Virus record (IMG/VR): IMGVR_UViG_3300033075_001536
Location: 64,001-128,000 of that record
DNA: 64,000 nt
Direction: 5' to 3' (one strand)
Source of the DNA: a virus
Taxonomy: Duplodnaviria > Caudoviricetes
Below the pieces are notes generated by a model. The model worked only from the letters and a program-made list of their open reading frames with translations, had not been told where the DNA came from and did not search any database. Every line of letters begins with the position of its first letter. Position 1 is the first letter of the stretch. This document shows positions 47,609 to 58,215 of the stretch, one piece after another. A program made the position numbers and the translations under genes.

Positions 47609-49183
47609 AGAATATTCTTGTTCTGGAAAGAATATAGATTCTCCAGCTAAAATTCCAGAAGCCACATTATTATAGTGTAGTGATCCAGAATATATATAAC
47701 AAGGAACAAATATCCCCGAATTTAAAACATATCCACCAATACTAATATTAACTGATGGTTGATATCCAATAGGTATATTGCAAATACTATCACCAAATGA
47801 AGCATTGGATGCGACAACCACATTTCCTCTTAAAGATACTTTACCAGACTTGGATTTTCTTATAGAAAGATGATTTCCAAGTGGATTTGGTCCAAATTTT
47901 GCTCCATAGGTTGGTATGGACTGACCATTGGTCATGGTTCCAACCGCTCCAACTTCTTTCCATGATTCGTCAGCAAAATTTGAATTGATTACATACCAAT
48001 TTTCATTAATTGATAATAACTCAACAGAATATCCCCTATATAAAGCTAATGTTGATACAAAGGATCCATTGTAGTATATCTTTTGGGTTCCACTTGGTGT
48101 GAGTGTTATAGAGTTACTAAAAGTAGCACATTGTATTAGAGCCTTTCTACCATTGTATCTACCAATAAGATCTGGAAGGTATAGAGATATTGCACTAGTT
48201 CCGGTATTGTTTACGATCATATTATGCTCAACATCATCAAAGGAAGGAGACACATTATTACTAGATGATATTATTGTTCTCTCATATTGTGCAAAATTTG
48301 TTCTAAATTGGGTATCTACATTTACAAATCCTGATTTTGGATTTACATAGTATCCAAGTCCTAAACTTGTTTGAAAATTTATATCTCCGGCTTTTGTGAA
48401 TCCAGTAGCGTCCATTCCAGTTATAAAACTAATACTTCCTGGGTTATTTAATCCATCACCAGAATATAAATATATGCTTCCTCCATTCGAAGCGCTTGAA
48501 TCAGACGCATTTAGTGTTATTGATTTTCCAGCGCCAGATAAATCATCTGTTCTTATTTCTAAGTTTTCATCAGTTGATAATAGTGTTTTTGAAGAGCTTA
48601 GTCCAAGAATAGTATAGTTTGTTGAATTAGACAACTTGATACCAGAATAGGATGTATCTCCAAAAAATTGATGAGAAACTTGTCCACCAGCATTAATTTT
48701 GTCAGAATTGCTTGTTTTGGTTCTTATTTGAACACCATTTAAATTATTAGATGATCCTAAAGTTATCCAATTATCTGAAGAAACCCCAAATACAGATTCA
48801 TATTGAGATCCGCCTCCACCTAAATATAGATATTTTTGAATTCCTAGTCCAGAATCAGCGACTACTCCAGATTGTGTGATAACCATTGGTGCATAGCTCA
48901 GTGCCGTTGATGATGTCCAAAATGATAGATATTTTGTCCTACCAGCAACTGTTGTGACATTTCCCAACCCTTCAGCGCTCCATGTTCCTGATCCAGAATT
49001 ATATACCCAATTCGTTCTATCGGATAATTGAAAGCATTTTAATCCGTCATATACAAATGAATATGGATTTCCAATACTTGTTAGTCCTAAAGCAACTCTA
49101 TCAGCTGATGTGGTTGCTATTATTCTACTATCAATTGGTCCTGCTTTTTCTACACTAAATCCGTCTATAATTACTATTGCCAT
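47600..49183 (-). CDS. Tail fibre/structural protein
   Basis: PIDSR N-terminus, S/G/T-rich beta character, C-terminal G.V.LRG...IP.GY.P fibre-tip-like motif. Confidence 0.65.
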   Translation of the reverse strand: MAIVIIDGFSVEKAGPIDSRIIATTSADRVALGLTSIGNPYSFVYDGLKCFQLSDRTNWVYNSGSGTWSAEGLGNVTTVAGRTKYLSFWTSSTALSYAPMVITQSGVVADSGLGIQKYLYLGGGGSQYESVFGVSSDNWITLGSSNNLNGVQIRTKTSNSDKINAGGQVSHQFFGDTSYSGIKLSNSTNYTILGLSSSKTLLSTDENLEIRTDDLSGAGKSITLNASDSSASNGGSIYLYSGDGLNNPGSISFITGMDATGFTKAGDINFQTSLGLGYYVNPKSGFVNVDTQFRTNFAQYERTIISSSNNVSPSFDDVEHNMIVNNTGTSAISLYLPDLIGRYNGRKALIQCATFSNSITLTPSGTQKIYYNGSFVSTLALYRGYSVELLSINENWYVINSNFADESWKEVGAVGTMTNGQSIPTYGAKFGPNPLGNHLSIRKSKSGKVSLRGNVVVASNASFGDSICNIPIGYQPSVNISIGGYVLNSGIFVPCYIYSGSLHYNNVASGILAGESIFFPEQEYSLD

Positions 49184-49198
49184 TTCTTATATATTTTT

Positions 49199-50698
49199 TT
49201 ATAAATTAAATTGATATACCTGCCCAGTTAATGTTGTTGGTGTTGGGTAGTAATAAAATCTATAATTTTTTGTTGTCCATTTTCCAGTTGGTGAATTAAC
49301 ACTAACTATACCAGTGGTAAAAGTGAGTGTAAATCCGTTATTGTCCTTTATGGATGTTAATGGTCCATAATTTGCATCATAGCAGAAATAAATGTATCCA
49401 GATCCACTTAGAGCAATATTTTTACTACTAGCGGCTGATATACTGAACCCACCAACTGAATATAGGTAAGCTGCTGTTGCATCTGCTGTCCAGCCGAAAT
49501 CAGTAGGTAGTAATGGGTAAAATCCATAGAAATAAGGAACCACAAATTTACCAACAGTTGATGCAGTGTAAGTTACAAATGTATTATCTGTTACAGTTAG
49601 TCTAAAGGTATTTGTCGATGGATATAAATTTTGATTTCCAGGAGCAACACTCCAAGAAACATTTCCGGAAACATTTACAATTCCAGACCCACTAGCAGTT
49701 GCAAAATTACTAAGTGGACTAGCTGTTGGTGTGGATGATCCAGTGGATGCAATTATATCTTCTGATCTTTTCGTTATGGTGTAACTCATAGTCATCGAGT
49801 TATTGGCAAATTGATTATATTCTATAACACTTGGAACCATAGATACGGATGCAAGTGGTCCTAGATATGGATATAGAAGTTCCCTCAATAGTTCCACTAT
49901 TGGATAGTTACTAAAAGTTCTTCCAGCAACAATTCCTCCAAAGTCTTGAACCATCGGAGTTGCGTCAGTAAATTCCAATGGGTATCCATTTAAATTTACA
50001 GGACTTCCATAAATATCTGTCTGTGATCCAGTGGATCCTAAAACATTCGAACTAAACGACACATCTTCCCAATACATCTGTGGTGTTGGTGATGTTCTAT
50101 ATCTTAGAATTCTTCCATCTGCTGCTGATGCTCCTGTTTCTGCGATTGTTGGAAATACAATATCATTAATTGTCACATATCCTGTTTCTGATGAAAGTGT
50201 TAAATTACCACCAGATAGAGATGGATTTATTATTTCGAAGTCTAAGGCATTTGGAATTCTTGTAACATCTAGATATGGTGCATAATTATTTAAAGTTGAA
50301 TCGGTTCCAGCAAGAATAGAAATTCTTGTATTTTGTGTTGAAAATCCGTCTGATTTATTATTATAGAAATAAAAATCAGAATAATATCCAGGTAAAGTAT
50401 CTGGTGATGTGTAGGTTAGAAGATCAGAATTCATAATATCTGATCCAAGATATTGTCTTTTACCGAAATAAATTTTGTTTCTGGTATTGACATTATCGAT
50501 ACCTATATAGTCGACCGATACCGAACCTGTAAATTGTTTAAATATAGTATTTTCCCATAGAGTATATACCGCGTCCCTAACATCGTGTGGGTTTATTAGC
50601 TTATTAGTATTATCTGGAAGCTTCTGAAGAACAGCTAAGATAGATCCTAATTTATCTGACTCAATGGGTGGTGAAAATGGAGAACTATAAGTTGACAT
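49199..50698 (-). CDS. Virion structural protein
   Basis: LPDNT..LI.P.DVRDA; S/T-rich; YIYF.Y...YG.LTSIKD.NGF. Confidence 0.65.
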   Translation of the reverse strand: MSTYSSPFSPPIESDKLGSILAVLQKLPDNTNKLINPHDVRDAVYTLWENTIFKQFTGSVSVDYIGIDNVNTRNKIYFGKRQYLGSDIMNSDLLTYTSPDTLPGYYSDFYFYNNKSDGFSTQNTRISILAGTDSTLNNYAPYLDVTRIPNALDFEIINPSLSGGNLTLSSETGYVTINDIVFPTIAETGASAADGRILRYRTSPTPQMYWEDVSFSSNVLGSTGSQTDIYGSPVNLNGYPLEFTDATPMVQDFGGIVAGRTFSNYPIVELLRELLYPYLGPLASVSMVPSVIEYNQFANNSMTMSYTITKRSEDIIASTGSSTPTASPLSNFATASGSGIVNVSGNVSWSVAPGNQNLYPSTNTFRLTVTDNTFVTYTASTVGKFVVPYFYGFYPLLPTDFGWTADATAAYLYSVGGFSISAASSKNIALSGSGYIYFCYDANYGPLTSIKDNNGFTLTFTTGIVSVNSPTGKWTTKNYRFYYYPTPTTLTGQVYQFNL

Positions 50699-50756
50699 TC
50701 AAGAATTTTAAGTATTTAATTTTATATATTAAATTCCTAAAACCTTGATCGAATTC

Positions 50757-51155
50757 TTAGTTAAACAAAAACTCCAATTTCATTAGATCTTTAACTTTAG
50801 CTGATGTTAAATTTAAATCATCAAAGTTTATTTTATCATAGGAGAGTGTGTTTTCAACAGCTTGTAGATCTTGCATATCTTTAGAAAATGCTTTTACATC
50901 AACAATATTAACAGCGTCTTTAACTATGTTTCCATCACCATCAATTACTTTTTTAGGAGCTCCATTTTCCATTTCTATCCATTTTTCAAGTATTTTTTTC
51001 TCCATGGTAACTTTATCTTCTACAATAGAAGATAATTCTTTTATAATTCTGGTTAGTTTAAAAGCACAATTGGCATTAATATCCGCTTCAATAAGCGTAT
51101 TGATAGCAGTGATGGTTTCTTTAGTTAATTCTGAATTTTTAACGACTATTTTCAT
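50757..51155 (-). CDS. Hypothetical protein
   Basis: 132-aa ORF upstream of structural genes. Confidence 0.7.
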   Translation of the reverse strand: MKIVVKNSELTKETITAINTLIEADINANCAFKLTRIIKELSSIVEDKVTMEKKILEKWIEMENGAPKKVIDGDGNIVKDAVNIVDVKAFSKDMQDLQAVENTLSYDKINFDDLNLTSAKVKDLMKLEFLFN

Positions 51156-51194
51156 TGATATATTATAATTTTTTATTATATATTTATATGTCTT

Positions 51195-51995
51195 TTATAT
51201 CTTAAAGTTGGTGATTATTAGTTCTCCTCTATTTCCTTCAGATTTTGAAATGTTTCCACTGGAATAATAGACATTGGAATCTGTTATATTATATTCTTTA
51301 TATATATATTGGTAAAATTCTGTATTTGGTAGAGTTAAAATAAATTTACCTTTTATTTCATCAATCTGTGTTTTTAATTCCTTGTGCTCAGAATATTTAT
51401 TCATATTATGTTTATAATAATTAGTATTGACATCTTCTATGATGTATGGTGGATCAATAAAAAATAAAGAATCTTCCGAATCATATTTTTTAATAACTTC
51501 TTTGTAGTCTAAATTTTCAATATAGGTTGTTTTAAGTCTTTGATACAGTTCTTCAATTTGATCGACTATTCTTTCAGTTGATACTGGTTGCCTTTTTTTG
51601 GAATATCCAAAGTTATAGGAACTATCTGAACTTCTTCTAGATGAAAATGACCATTTGGTTAGATATAAAAAACGAAATGCCCACTCGACATCTGAAGTTT
51701 CTTCTTTTTTTAGAGATTTTAAATTTTCAAATATTTCTCTCGAAATTAGAGTTTTTTCAAATTTTTTAGAAAGTTCTTCATGTTTGATATCATCTTTAAT
51801 TACATTAAACATATTTACTAGAGAAGAATCTAAGTCATTATATACTTCTACTTTAGATACGGATCTTGGTTTTTCAAGAAGAACCCACCCAGCACCACCA
51901 AAAAGATCAATAAAGCAATTGTGTTTTGGCAAAATTGAAACAATTTGTTTGGATAGTTTTGATTTTCCACCTAAATAGTTGATAATTGAGTCCAT
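51195..51995 (-). CDS. dam: Dam-like (D12 class) N6-adenine DNA methyltransferase
   Basis: YLGGKSKL, DLFGGAG, EVYNDLD, IDPPY, ELIITNF. Confidence 0.93.
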   Translation of the reverse strand: MDSIINYLGGKSKLSKQIVSILPKHNCFIDLFGGAGWVLLEKPRSVSKVEVYNDLDSSLVNMFNVIKDDIKHEELSKKFEKTLISREIFENLKSLKKEETSDVEWAFRFLYLTKWSFSSRRSSDSSYNFGYSKKRQPVSTERIVDQIEELYQRLKTTYIENLDYKEVIKKYDSEDSLFFIDPPYIIEDVNTNYYKHNMNKYSEHKELKTQIDEIKGKFILTLPNTEFYQYIYKEYNITDSNVYYSSGNISKSEGNRGELIITNFKI

Positions 51996-52022
51996 TGAAT
52001 TTTATATATTAATATATAATCT

Positions 52023-52499
52023 ATGCGTATAATTTTAGAATTTTTAGAATTTATAGATCAATCTTGGAAGAAGGAAGTAGAGGAGTCTATCGAGTTTCAT
52101 ATCTTTGAAGATTTTTTAAATAAATATGGGCTTAAAATATTATTTGCTTGGGGAGTTTGGTCACCAGGTCTTCATGGTTTCCATACCATGCCTATGTTTC
52201 ATTCACTACGACTAGCTCTCCTGGCGTCTGATCCAGATAGAATAGTTGGAACTAAAAATTGTTTAAGAATTAATCTTATGAATGCTGAATGGGGTAGTGA
52301 TGTTGGGGGATTTGATTTTGATTTGGAGATTCGACAAGATGAGGATACAAATTTTGAATTTGAAGATATAGTTGATGCGTTAAGAGATGAGCTTGGATAT
52401 TACATAGATATTGTTGAAATAAAATTGCCAGAAAAAATAGAAAAGATGCATTACCAAATAACAATTGATGTAATTTTTGAAGAAAAGAAGAAAAAATAA
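52023..52499 (+). CDS. Tagged hypothetical protein, paralogous family
   Basis: MRIILEFLEF; HIFEDFLNKYG...LRDELGY. Confidence 0.72.
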   Translation: MRIILEFLEFIDQSWKKEVEESIEFHIFEDFLNKYGLKILFAWGVWSPGLHGFHTMPMFHSLRLALLASDPDRIVGTKNCLRINLMNAEWGSDVGGFDFDLEIRQDEDTNFEFEDIVDALRDELGYYIDIVEIKLPEKIEKMHYQITIDVIFEEKKKK

Positions 52500-52511
52500 T
52501 ATATAAGACAT

Positions 52512-53270
52512 ATGTTAGAAACTATCAAATCACTCCTTAATTTACAAAAGAAAATAGATTTAAAAACACTTCCTTCTCAAGGCTATTTCTATAAAGATGA
52601 TTTTGAACTTTATATTCGTAAAGCAAATATGGAGGATATTATTGAATATGAGTATAATTATGTTAGAGACAATATACTTTTACACATTCATAAAGTGAAA
52701 ACCATTGTGGAGAAAAATGCTATTTTAAAAAATGGATATTCTTTTATTGATTTAAAGTCAATCGATGTGGTTTTTATATTTTTTGAAATTGTTAAATTTA
52801 CTTTGAATAAACCAATTCGAGTAGATTACTTTGATGATGTTTTGGGAAATCCATCCTTAATAGAATTTGGACCATCTAATTTTAATTATTATGACTTTAC
52901 TCCAAATTTAAAAAATTGGAATAAAGAGACTAGAGAGTTCGAAATTGATGGTTATAAATATTCTTTACCAACAATTGGTGTGGAGAACTCGATTACTAAT
53001 TTTTTAATTGATAAAAATGAAAAAAATCAACAGCAATATGGTAAATATTCATATGACTTTACCTATTTTTTAAATCATAAGCCAAAATTAACTTTTGATG
53101 AAATTGAAAATATGTTACAGATATTTAATTTTGATTTAGAGGAATCTGAAATTTTAAAAGTCAGAGGAATTGTTAAGATGTTATCTCCAATTCAAAAATA
53201 TTCTTTAAAGAGAGGTGATAAGGTGATTGACATTAGTTCTAAGATAGACTTGGAGACTATTTGGAAATAA
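52512..53270 (+). CDS. Baseplate hub subunit-like protein (T4 gp26-like)
   Basis: LPSQGYFY, L...D..FIFF.I...T, PTIG. Confidence 0.55.
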   Translation: MLETIKSLLNLQKKIDLKTLPSQGYFYKDDFELYIRKANMEDIIEYEYNYVRDNILLHIHKVKTIVEKNAILKNGYSFIDLKSIDVVFIFFEIVKFTLNKPIRVDYFDDVLGNPSLIEFGPSNFNYYDFTPNLKNWNKETREFEIDGYKYSLPTIGVENSITNFLIDKNEKNQQQYGKYSYDFTYFLNHKPKLTFDEIENMLQIFNFDLEESEILKVRGIVKMLSPIQKYSLKRGDKVIDISSKIDLETIWK

Positions 53271-53272
53271 AT

Positions 53273-53653
53273 TTACCATCCGCGAAATTTAAAGTTAGAA
53301 AACCCACGAAGTCTTTTATTTACTGGCTTTCTTTTTACAGAAATGTGTAATTTTTTAATAGGAATTTCTATTCTTTTCGGTATTCCGGAAAAATGAAATT
53401 TTCCTTCTTTTGTTTCAATAGCAATTTCAGCTCTATAAAATTCATTGATTCTATCAACCGATTCTTCTAATATTTCTTTTATTTCAATGTATTTTATTTC
53501 TCTATTTGGTAATAGGATAAAATCTATACTTGATATAGATTCACCATCGGTTGGATTATTATAAAGCCAAAATTTTGTTTCTGTGGTAAATCCATAATCC
53601 ATCAACTCTTGTAAATAATCAGTGACTTCGTCTATAACCTTTTCAGCATTCAT
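53273..53653 (-). CDS. Hypothetical protein, paralogous family
   Basis: Likely start MNAEKV; DEVTDYLQELMDYGF...VDRI. Confidence 0.68.
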   Translation of the reverse strand: MNAEKVIDEVTDYLQELMDYGFTTETKFWLYNNPTDGESISSIDFILLPNREIKYIEIKEILEESVDRINEFYRAEIAIETKEGKFHFSGIPKRIEIPIKKLHISVKRKPVNKRLRGFSNFKFRGW

Positions 53654-53657
53654 AATT

Positions 53658-53667
53658 AATATATATT
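53658..53667. promoter_or_regulatory. Palindromic AATATATATT, putative bidirectional promoter
   Basis: Lies in a 17-nt gap between divergent starts 53653 and 53671. Confidence 0.55.
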
Positions 53668-53670
53668 CGG

Positions 53671-54486
53671 ATGAGAATCTTAAAATTTTTACCATTTTTC
53701 GAAAATATTTCTGAGAATCCAATTGCTGATATACAAGAATATAATCAGAAGATGAAAAATGCTTTTTTTGACAAGTTATTTTTTCTTGGTAAGATAAAAT
53801 TTGATGCTTTGGTGGATTTTGGATGTGCGGATGGATCTTTATTAGAAAAAATTAGCAAATATTCAAAAGCTGATTTATTTGGATATGATGTTGAGCCACA
53901 TGCTGTTGATCTATCAAAAAATAGACTTGGAAATAAAGCAACTATTCTAGATAATTGGCATGAAATTTTGGGACAAGTGAATGAATATCATTCACCAGCA
54001 ATTTTACTAAGTTCCGTAATTCATGAAGTATATTCTTATGATAAATATGTAAATTATTTTTGGAATGATTGCGTTTTTAATGACAAATTCAAATATATTA
54101 TTATTCGAGATATGATCCCATCTGGTGATATTGATGATGTCCATAACTTTTCAGAAGATGTTAGAAAGGTAAAATCAAAGATCAATAATAAATATTTAAA
54201 TGACTTTGAAAAGATTTGGGGTAAAATGGAAGATAGTTATAGACAATTCGCACATTTCCTTTTGAAATATAAATATATACATAACTGGAATAGAGAAGTG
54301 AAAGAAAATTATCTTCCTTTGACCATTTCAGAATTAAAAGAAAAAATACCAAGTGGGTATGAAATTGTATATGAAAGTAATTTTATTCTTCCTTATTTGC
54401 AACAAGAAGTAAATAGAGATTTTGGGATTAAATTCAGACAACCAACACACACAAAGATGATTATAAAAAATAATAATTTCAAATGA
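53671..54486 (+). CDS. Class I SAM-dependent methyltransferase with tag
   Basis: LVDFGCADG, GYD, LSSVIHEVYSY, IIIRD. Confidence 0.82.
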   Translation: MRILKFLPFFENISENPIADIQEYNQKMKNAFFDKLFFLGKIKFDALVDFGCADGSLLEKISKYSKADLFGYDVEPHAVDLSKNRLGNKATILDNWHEILGQVNEYHSPAILLSSVIHEVYSYDKYVNYFWNDCVFNDKFKYIIIRDMIPSGDIDDVHNFSEDVRKVKSKINNKYLNDFEKIWGKMEDSYRQFAHFLLKYKYIHNWNREVKENYLPLTISELKEKIPSGYEIVYESNFILPYLQQEVNRDFGIKFRQPTHTKMIIKNNNFK

Positions 54487-55190
54487 TACACATTAGAAGA
54501 TTTAACGAAAACATCATTGATTTCAATACGGATAATGTGAAGTCATTTAAGAAAGAACTATTTAAGGAACTCAAAAAGAAAGGTGCTGGTCATGGATATT
54601 TTGGACCGCCAAAGGGATTAAATCTACAAGAACTTAAAAAAATTGGAGATAAATATGACATTGAGGTGGTCGATTACGAGACATTTTTCAGAGAGCTTCC
54701 AACAAAGGAAGATCAAAAAACTGCTCCAAGGAAACATGGTGGTCCACCAGCATTTGCTTTAGTAAATCCAACTACACATAAAGCTCGTGTAGTTCTTATT
54801 GCTCCAAAAGTTGATATTGGAATTGGTGAGATGATTTGTCATATGCTTACCCACGAAAATATACACATTCAACAATTTGCCAAAATTAAAGCAAAGAAAG
54901 GAAAGTTGGATGATTATGATGTTGCTCCTGGCAGTCCAAATGATAGAAAAAAATATTTCTCCGATAAAAAAGAAGTGATGGCATTTTCACATTCAATTGT
55001 GGATATGCTAGTTAATCAACAAGGATGTGAAACATTTGAAGAATGTATAAAAAAATTGGACAGAAACCCAATTTGGGGAGATATTAGAAGAAGCTGTGAT
55101 AAAGATATTCAAAACCGATATAAAAAATATATTTATCAATATCTAAAAAAAGAATTTCCAGATGAAGATCAAAAATTGGACAAAATTTAA
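54483..55190 (+). CDS. Zincin-like (HExxH) protein with tag
   Basis: MIHIRRFNE; LTHENIHIQQ...YFSDKKEVMAF. Confidence 0.7.
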   Translation: MIHIRRFNENIIDFNTDNVKSFKKELFKELKKKGAGHGYFGPPKGLNLQELKKIGDKYDIEVVDYETFFRELPTKEDQKTAPRKHGGPPAFALVNPTTHKARVVLIAPKVDIGIGEMICHMLTHENIHIQQFAKIKAKKGKLDDYDVAPGSPNDRKKYFSDKKEVMAFSHSIVDMLVNQQGCETFEECIKKLDRNPIWGDIRRSCDKDIQNRYKKYIYQYLKKEFPDEDQKLDKI

Positions 55191-55956
55191 TGAAAGTTCC
55201 GACAGTCATATTGTAAAAGGAGTTGAAATAACTAAATTTTTTCAAAGTGATAGATATAAAAAATTTATTCAACACTTTTTAATTGAAGAAAATGAATTAA
55301 AAGAATATTTTTCGGATGTGTTGGACGACAATTCTGATATTAAATTTGAATTAACCAAGGATACTATTTTTTTTCTTGGAAATAAAAGAGTATATGGATT
55401 TAAGCAAGCTGATTCATCTTTTATAAAATACAGCGTTTCTCTATTAAGGACGGATGGAAAGCCAACTAGTATTAAATCATTTAAGGAATATTTGAATAAA
55501 TATTTAGATCTATTAGAAGATATTGAAATTGCAATAGAAAGAATTCTAGATGATTATGATATTAAACATAAAGTTGAAGACAATATAGATCATTTTAGAG
55601 AACAAAAAAGTATAGTCATTTTATTTTACAAGGAAATTCCTTTTAAAGAGCTAATGTCTGAATTTAAATTATTTTTAGCAGAAAATGATGCTTCATCTTG
55701 GTTAGTGAAAGGAATTTCAGAATTTAAAAAAATATTTACGGAATTTGGTGCTCCTGAAAGTTTTAAACTAGAAGACCACATTGATCTTCATCCAGATTGG
55801 GAAGAAAATGAGTTTGGTGATGTGGTGGTTGGTGTGTCGCTTAATGATGAAATATCTGCTATTGGAACCATTGATAAAGAAACGGGACAAATTGATTATA
55901 ATACCAATGAAATAGAAAAAGTAATAGAAGAATTATTTGAAAATGAAATACATTAA
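55162..55956 (+). CDS. Tagged hypothetical protein, paralogous family
   Basis: MKIKNWTKFNES; ELKEYFSDVLDD...IERILDDY. Confidence 0.75.
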   Translation: MKIKNWTKFNESSDSHIVKGVEITKFFQSDRYKKFIQHFLIEENELKEYFSDVLDDNSDIKFELTKDTIFFLGNKRVYGFKQADSSFIKYSVSLLRTDGKPTSIKSFKEYLNKYLDLLEDIEIAIERILDDYDIKHKVEDNIDHFREQKSIVILFYKEIPFKELMSEFKLFLAENDASSWLVKGISEFKKIFTEFGAPESFKLEDHIDLHPDWEENEFGDVVVGVSLNDEISAIGTIDKETGQIDYNTNEIEKVIEELFENEIH

Positions 55957-56509
55957 AAAATTTGAAGAAATAAAACTAACACTAAAAGATGATCTAGGGA
56001 CATATTTCTACAACCTAGGTGATATGGATGGATTTAATTTGGAATACAGACCAGATGACTTCTATTTTTTTAAACTATCTCATATGGACGGATCCTTTGA
56101 ATATAACATGGATATTTTTGATGAGATACAAGAGTCATTGGATCGTGCGGCTGATGATGGATTAAAATTAGATAGAAGTTGGATAGAACCGAATATACCT
56201 GAATTTATGTCGAGTGTTGCTTGTGATAGAAAGACAGCAATAAAAAATAAATGGAATTCGATTTGGATACCAATGTCTAATAATGAATACCCTAGTCCAA
56301 ATGATTTAAGATTTTCTAAATTTCCTATTTATAGAAAAATTTATGTTGATAGCAAAAATAAAAAAATGGAATCCATGGTAAGGTCAAATAAAAAGATGGA
56401 TATGGATGTTGAATATCCGACCTCTCCATCTGATTTTATTTATACCAATAATTTAAAAAGTATTACTTTTTTATTTTTTGAGCAAGACTTAAAAAAATCT
56501 AAATATTAA
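55943..56509 (+). CDS. Tagged hypothetical protein, paralogous family
   Basis: MKYIKKFEE; DDLGTYFYNLGD...LDRAADDG. Confidence 0.72.
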   Translation: MKYIKKFEEIKLTLKDDLGTYFYNLGDMDGFNLEYRPDDFYFFKLSHMDGSFEYNMDIFDEIQESLDRAADDGLKLDRSWIEPNIPEFMSSVACDRKTAIKNKWNSIWIPMSNNEYPSPNDLRFSKFPIYRKIYVDSKNKKMESMVRSNKKMDMDVEYPTSPSDFIYTNNLKSITFLFFEQDLKKSKY

Positions 56510-57950
56510 TAGACTCAATTCTTTTAAACATCTCATTTCTGTCGGATTCTAACCATTTCATGATGTCTAAAACTTTATCAGAAAATCCCGCCAAACAAAA
56601 TACATTAGATTCTGGAAATTGTAAAGTCCCAAGTCCAGCCATATCCCAAGAATAAATAAATGGATTTGCACCAAATTTATTTTTATAATCGTTATATGCG
56701 GCTTTTGGTGTATAGTGTCCCATCCACCCTTGCATGTCGGATAGAATTATAACCCTATCATATTTTTTATTAGCCACTTTAAATATATTATGAAAATTCG
56801 TGCCGCCTCCGTTAAAACTAAATGAATTTTTAATAGTCATCACTGAATCCAATGGATTGTATGATTCATATTTAGCAGTGGTGTCGAAAGTCATCACATC
56901 ACAATTGTTTGCTTTTGCTAAAACAGCGGTGAATAGACCAGCAATTTCATGTGCTCTACCTCTCATAGACCCTGATGTATCTAAAGCAATTAAAGTTTCT
57001 CCTTCAAATTTTGGAACATTTGAAACAGATATATCCAGAGCCTTTGAAATAGCAACTTGAACATCACGAACTTCCTTAGAAGATCCTAATTTTCCAATTT
57101 CGTCATAAGCTGTTTTAAATCTAAATGGAAGAATACGAGATCCTTTAACCATTTGCTCATTTTGTAGTAGCTCACAAACTTGTGGAATAATTCCAGGAGC
57201 TTGATTGATTATATTTCTTAAATTCCTCAATAGAGCAAAATATCCAATTTTTTTGGATCCAATAAGTTCTCCCCAAGCATCCGCCTTTAATTTAGACAAA
57301 TCTTCTCCTGTTTCAGATGCTTTTTGACCAGCTTCTGATAACTTAGCTTCCCAAGTTTCGGTAGATTTTAGTCCACCTTTAATAAGAGATTCTAAAGCAA
57401 GTTTATTTCTATCAGTTGGCACTGGGTGAACTATGTTTACCAAGTCAACTAATTTAATTTCTTTATTTTCTCCGCGATATTTCGCAAGTTGATAAGCATC
57501 AAATTTATCAAATGCTTTTGCAAATCCTTTTTTCAAAGAATTTGGAAATTTTGGAGATTTCTTATCGGTTTTATTATTTAGATAATAAGATAATATTTCA
57601 AGCATATCATCTACACGAACAACTACTTTATCATAGAAATTCTTAGACCATTCTTTTCCTGAGGAATAAGATGCTAATTCACCCGCAAGAGCATGTGAAA
57701 TACTTCTCATACCAAATTCATCACGAGCAAAAATTGCAGCTTTTGCAGCAAACTCCGGATCTACTTTTGATAAATGATTTTTTAGATCTTTCAAGGAATC
57801 ATCCGCAGAACGATAGAATTCATTATTAACAAATGATGTTAGTAGCAAAGAAACCAAAGCTAGCTTATCTGATTCTTTATAGGCTTCTCCGCCAGCTTTA
57901 TTGATGGTTAGAGTTTTTGGTCTTGTTAGTGTTGTGTTAAATTTTGACAT
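56499..57950 (-). CDS. rsr: Ro60/Rsr TROVE-domain RNA-binding protein with C-terminal vWA domain
   Basis: NKAGGEAY, ARDEFGMRS, FDAYQLAKY, TWE..LS, ALLRNLRNI, ILPFRF, MIDAS DTSGSM, GGT, ILSDMQ, GFSD. Confidence 0.93.
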   Translation of the reverse strand: MSKFNTTLTRPKTLTINKAGGEAYKESDKLALVSLLLTSFVNNEFYRSADDSLKDLKNHLSKVDPEFAAKAAIFARDEFGMRSISHALAGELASYSSGKEWSKNFYDKVVVRVDDMLEILSYYLNNKTDKKSPKFPNSLKKGFAKAFDKFDAYQLAKYRGENKEIKLVDLVNIVHPVPTDRNKLALESLIKGGLKSTETWEAKLSEAGQKASETGEDLSKLKADAWGELIGSKKIGYFALLRNLRNIINQAPGIIPQVCELLQNEQMVKGSRILPFRFKTAYDEIGKLGSSKEVRDVQVAISKALDISVSNVPKFEGETLIALDTSGSMRGRAHEIAGLFTAVLAKANNCDVMTFDTTAKYESYNPLDSVMTIKNSFSFNGGGTNFHNIFKVANKKYDRVIILSDMQGWMGHYTPKAAYNDYKNKFGANPFIYSWDMAGLGTLQFPESNVFCLAGFSDKVLDIMKWLESDRNEMFKRIESINI

Positions 57951-57967
57951 ATATTTATATTTTATTT

Positions 57968-58135
57968 TTAATAGTTGTATGCTTTGTCTAATAGCTCTTT
58001 TAATTTCTCTTCTGTAAAGTATTCCTCTTCACTTTTTATTATCTCAATTAGTGCTTCTGCCATTCCGGCTCCAGACCATTCATCATAATCTACTCTATTG
58101 TCCACTAAATAATTTAAAGCTTCAATTTTTTTCAT
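57968..58135 (-). CDS. Small hypothetical protein, 55 aa, directly upstream of Ro60
   Basis: Manual translation MKKIEALNYLVDNRVDYDEWSGAGMAEALIEIIKSEEEYFTEEKLKELLDKAYNY. Confidence 0.6.
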   Translation of the reverse strand: MKKIEALNYLVDNRVDYDEWSGAGMAEALIEIIKSEEEYFTEEKLKELLDKAYNY

Positions 58136-58158
58136 TTGTCTTTATATTTTTTTAAATT

Positions 58159-58205
58159 AAAAAACCAGAATAAAAATTCATTTCTGAAAATTCACTCTGG
58201 TTTTT
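58159..58205 (-). terminator. Hairpin plus U-tract, probable terminator of the ncRNA transcript
   Basis: Minus strand aaaaaccagagtgaa...tttattctggtttttt; the stem needs G-U pairs that exist only on the minus strand. Confidence 0.6.
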
Positions 58206-58215
58206 ATTTATAAGG

